Assembly (NCBI RefSeq): GCF_964194155.1
Contig: NC_135880.1
Span: 114,452,001-114,516,000 of the forward strand
Reading direction: 5' to 3'
Origin: Cetorhinus maximus
Lineage: Eukaryota
Length of the DNA: 64,000 nucleotides
The notes beneath the pieces were generated by a model, which saw nothing but the letters and a program-made list of their open reading frames with translations, had not been told where the DNA came from and did no database searches. Of this stretch, positions 62,733 through 64,000 are shown in pieces (positions within the stretch are counted from its first letter, which is position 1; every line of letters begins with the position of its first letter). Both the position numbers and the translations under genes were made by a program.

Positions 62733-63508
62733 ATTATATTTTGGGACTGTAACTTTAAATTCAGTGTAAAGAAAGGATTCATTTGACCTGCTCTGAAGTC
62801 TGCTAGACAGTAAACCAGGGTGGTTTGATTGTTAGAGAATGAAGCAAGGTTTAGATTGTTTTACTGAGAAGAAAGTACAAGGTATTTATGCTTGGAGACA
62901 ATGGCAGCAGTCTCTTGAGTTTACAATTTGTGGACTGAGAGTCTCCAAAGCCCCAGAAGAGTTGTGAATGTAAACACTTGTGCAAGCCATTTACTTCTAA
63001 GATGTGAGCTACCATAACCGGATGTGGGGGGGGAGACGATCTCTAGTCGAAGAGATGCATCCTGCAGCCATCTAAGGATTCTGGGAGGTGTGTCCTGGCA
63101 TGGCCAGGGAAAGAAGAATCATCAAAATAGGCTTTCCTGTTGGTGGTGGATTTAAAAACTCCGAAAACTGAGAAAAACACCTGGAGATGGTCAATCAAAG
63201 TTACTACTCAGCAAAATGGAGTTATAGGAACCCATTAGAAGCTGGGGGCAACTGTGGACAGTTTACTGAAAGGGCTGTAATTCTGTGGAAAGTGTGATGG
63301 ATGATAAGTATACAAGAAGAATGTCACTGTCTGCAATTAAAGTATAAGTTGCCTACAAAACAAAAATTGTGTTCAGTCAGTGGTTGTTTTTAGTCATTAG
63401 TTAAAGTAAAAGTTTTGAACTTGAAATCTTATTGGTTATTCTTTCAGCTAATAATTGGAAATTCAAATCTCTTTTTAAAAGCTATCAGTCCCTACGGAGA
63501 TAGTAACA
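62733..63508 (+). mobile_element. Putative solo LTR
   Basis: Ends in ..agatagtaaca; start resembles tgttatatt. No TSD seen. Confidence 0.35.
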
Positions 63509-63529
63509 AGTCCGTATCTTAACTCACTC

Positions 63530-63960
63530 CAAATCTCATTCTTGCATCATCCCCAGGCTTCCTGACCTTCTCTGGCTCCCCATCCAACAATGCCTTAATT
63601 TTAAAATCCTCCATGGCCTCATTCCTCTGTATCTGTGTAGCCGCCTCCAGCCCTACCAGCCTTCAAGATCTTTGCACTTCTCCAATTCTGGCCTCCTGTG
63701 CAGCCCTGAATTTAATTGCTCCACCATTGGTGATCATGCTTTCAGATGCCTTGGCCCCAAGATATGGAATTCCCTCCCTAAACCTCTTGCATTTTCTTCC
63801 CCTCTTTCTTGTTCAGCTACCCTTTAAAAATTATCCCTTTGATTAAGCTTTTGGTCATCTTTCCTGATTTCTCATTCCATGGCTCAAAAAAAAATTGATA
63901 TTGCTCTTAAGTGCCTAGGGATGTTTGACTACATTAAATACATATATAAATGTAAGTTTT
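63530..63960 (+). mobile_element. L2-like 3' end
   Basis: tggctcccc..ttttaaaatcct..tggaattccctccctaaacc..aagcttttggtca..ataaatgtaagt. Confidence 0.7.
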
Positions 63961-64000
63961 TTAAATGTTATTAGACTTAATTGGATTAGTATGGTGTATC

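Noticed and set aside
1-64000. Expected syntenic neighbours such as a DIRAS-family GTPase or GADD45 gene
   Set aside because: No Ras-like or GADD45-like ORF is seen in the ORF track or by eye; if present they lie outside the window.

Overview
Eukaryotic, repeat-dense vertebrate DNA; the repeat repertoire (CR1, Penelope-like, Deu-domain SINEs, Harbinger MITEs) points to a cartilaginous fish, which is an inference. The only host gene I can support is gng7 (G-protein gamma-7) on the minus strand. It has two coding exons (27574-27651 and 5233-5358; 67 aa, C-terminal CaaX CTIL) separated by a ~22-kb intron, and neither exon appears in the ORF track. Most other sequence is transposon-derived: a complete but decayed two-gene PIF/Harbinger element, remnants of two other Harbingers, over a dozen Harbinger-type MITEs with 3-bp TSDs, a Penelope-like element with a long open RT/GIY-YIG frame, CR1/L2/RTE/Vingi LINE fragments, SINEs, solo LTRs and a hAT MITE. 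The most notable observations are variant minimal hammerhead ribozyme motifs with covarying stems in Penelope termini, an inverted Penelope-terminus pair that captured a copy of nearby DNA, a LINE that begins with a tRNA-like Pol III head and has no ORF1, and a multi-hairpin MITE family linked to the Harbinger. All calls were made by eye without alignment tools, and boundaries without a stated TSD are approximate.
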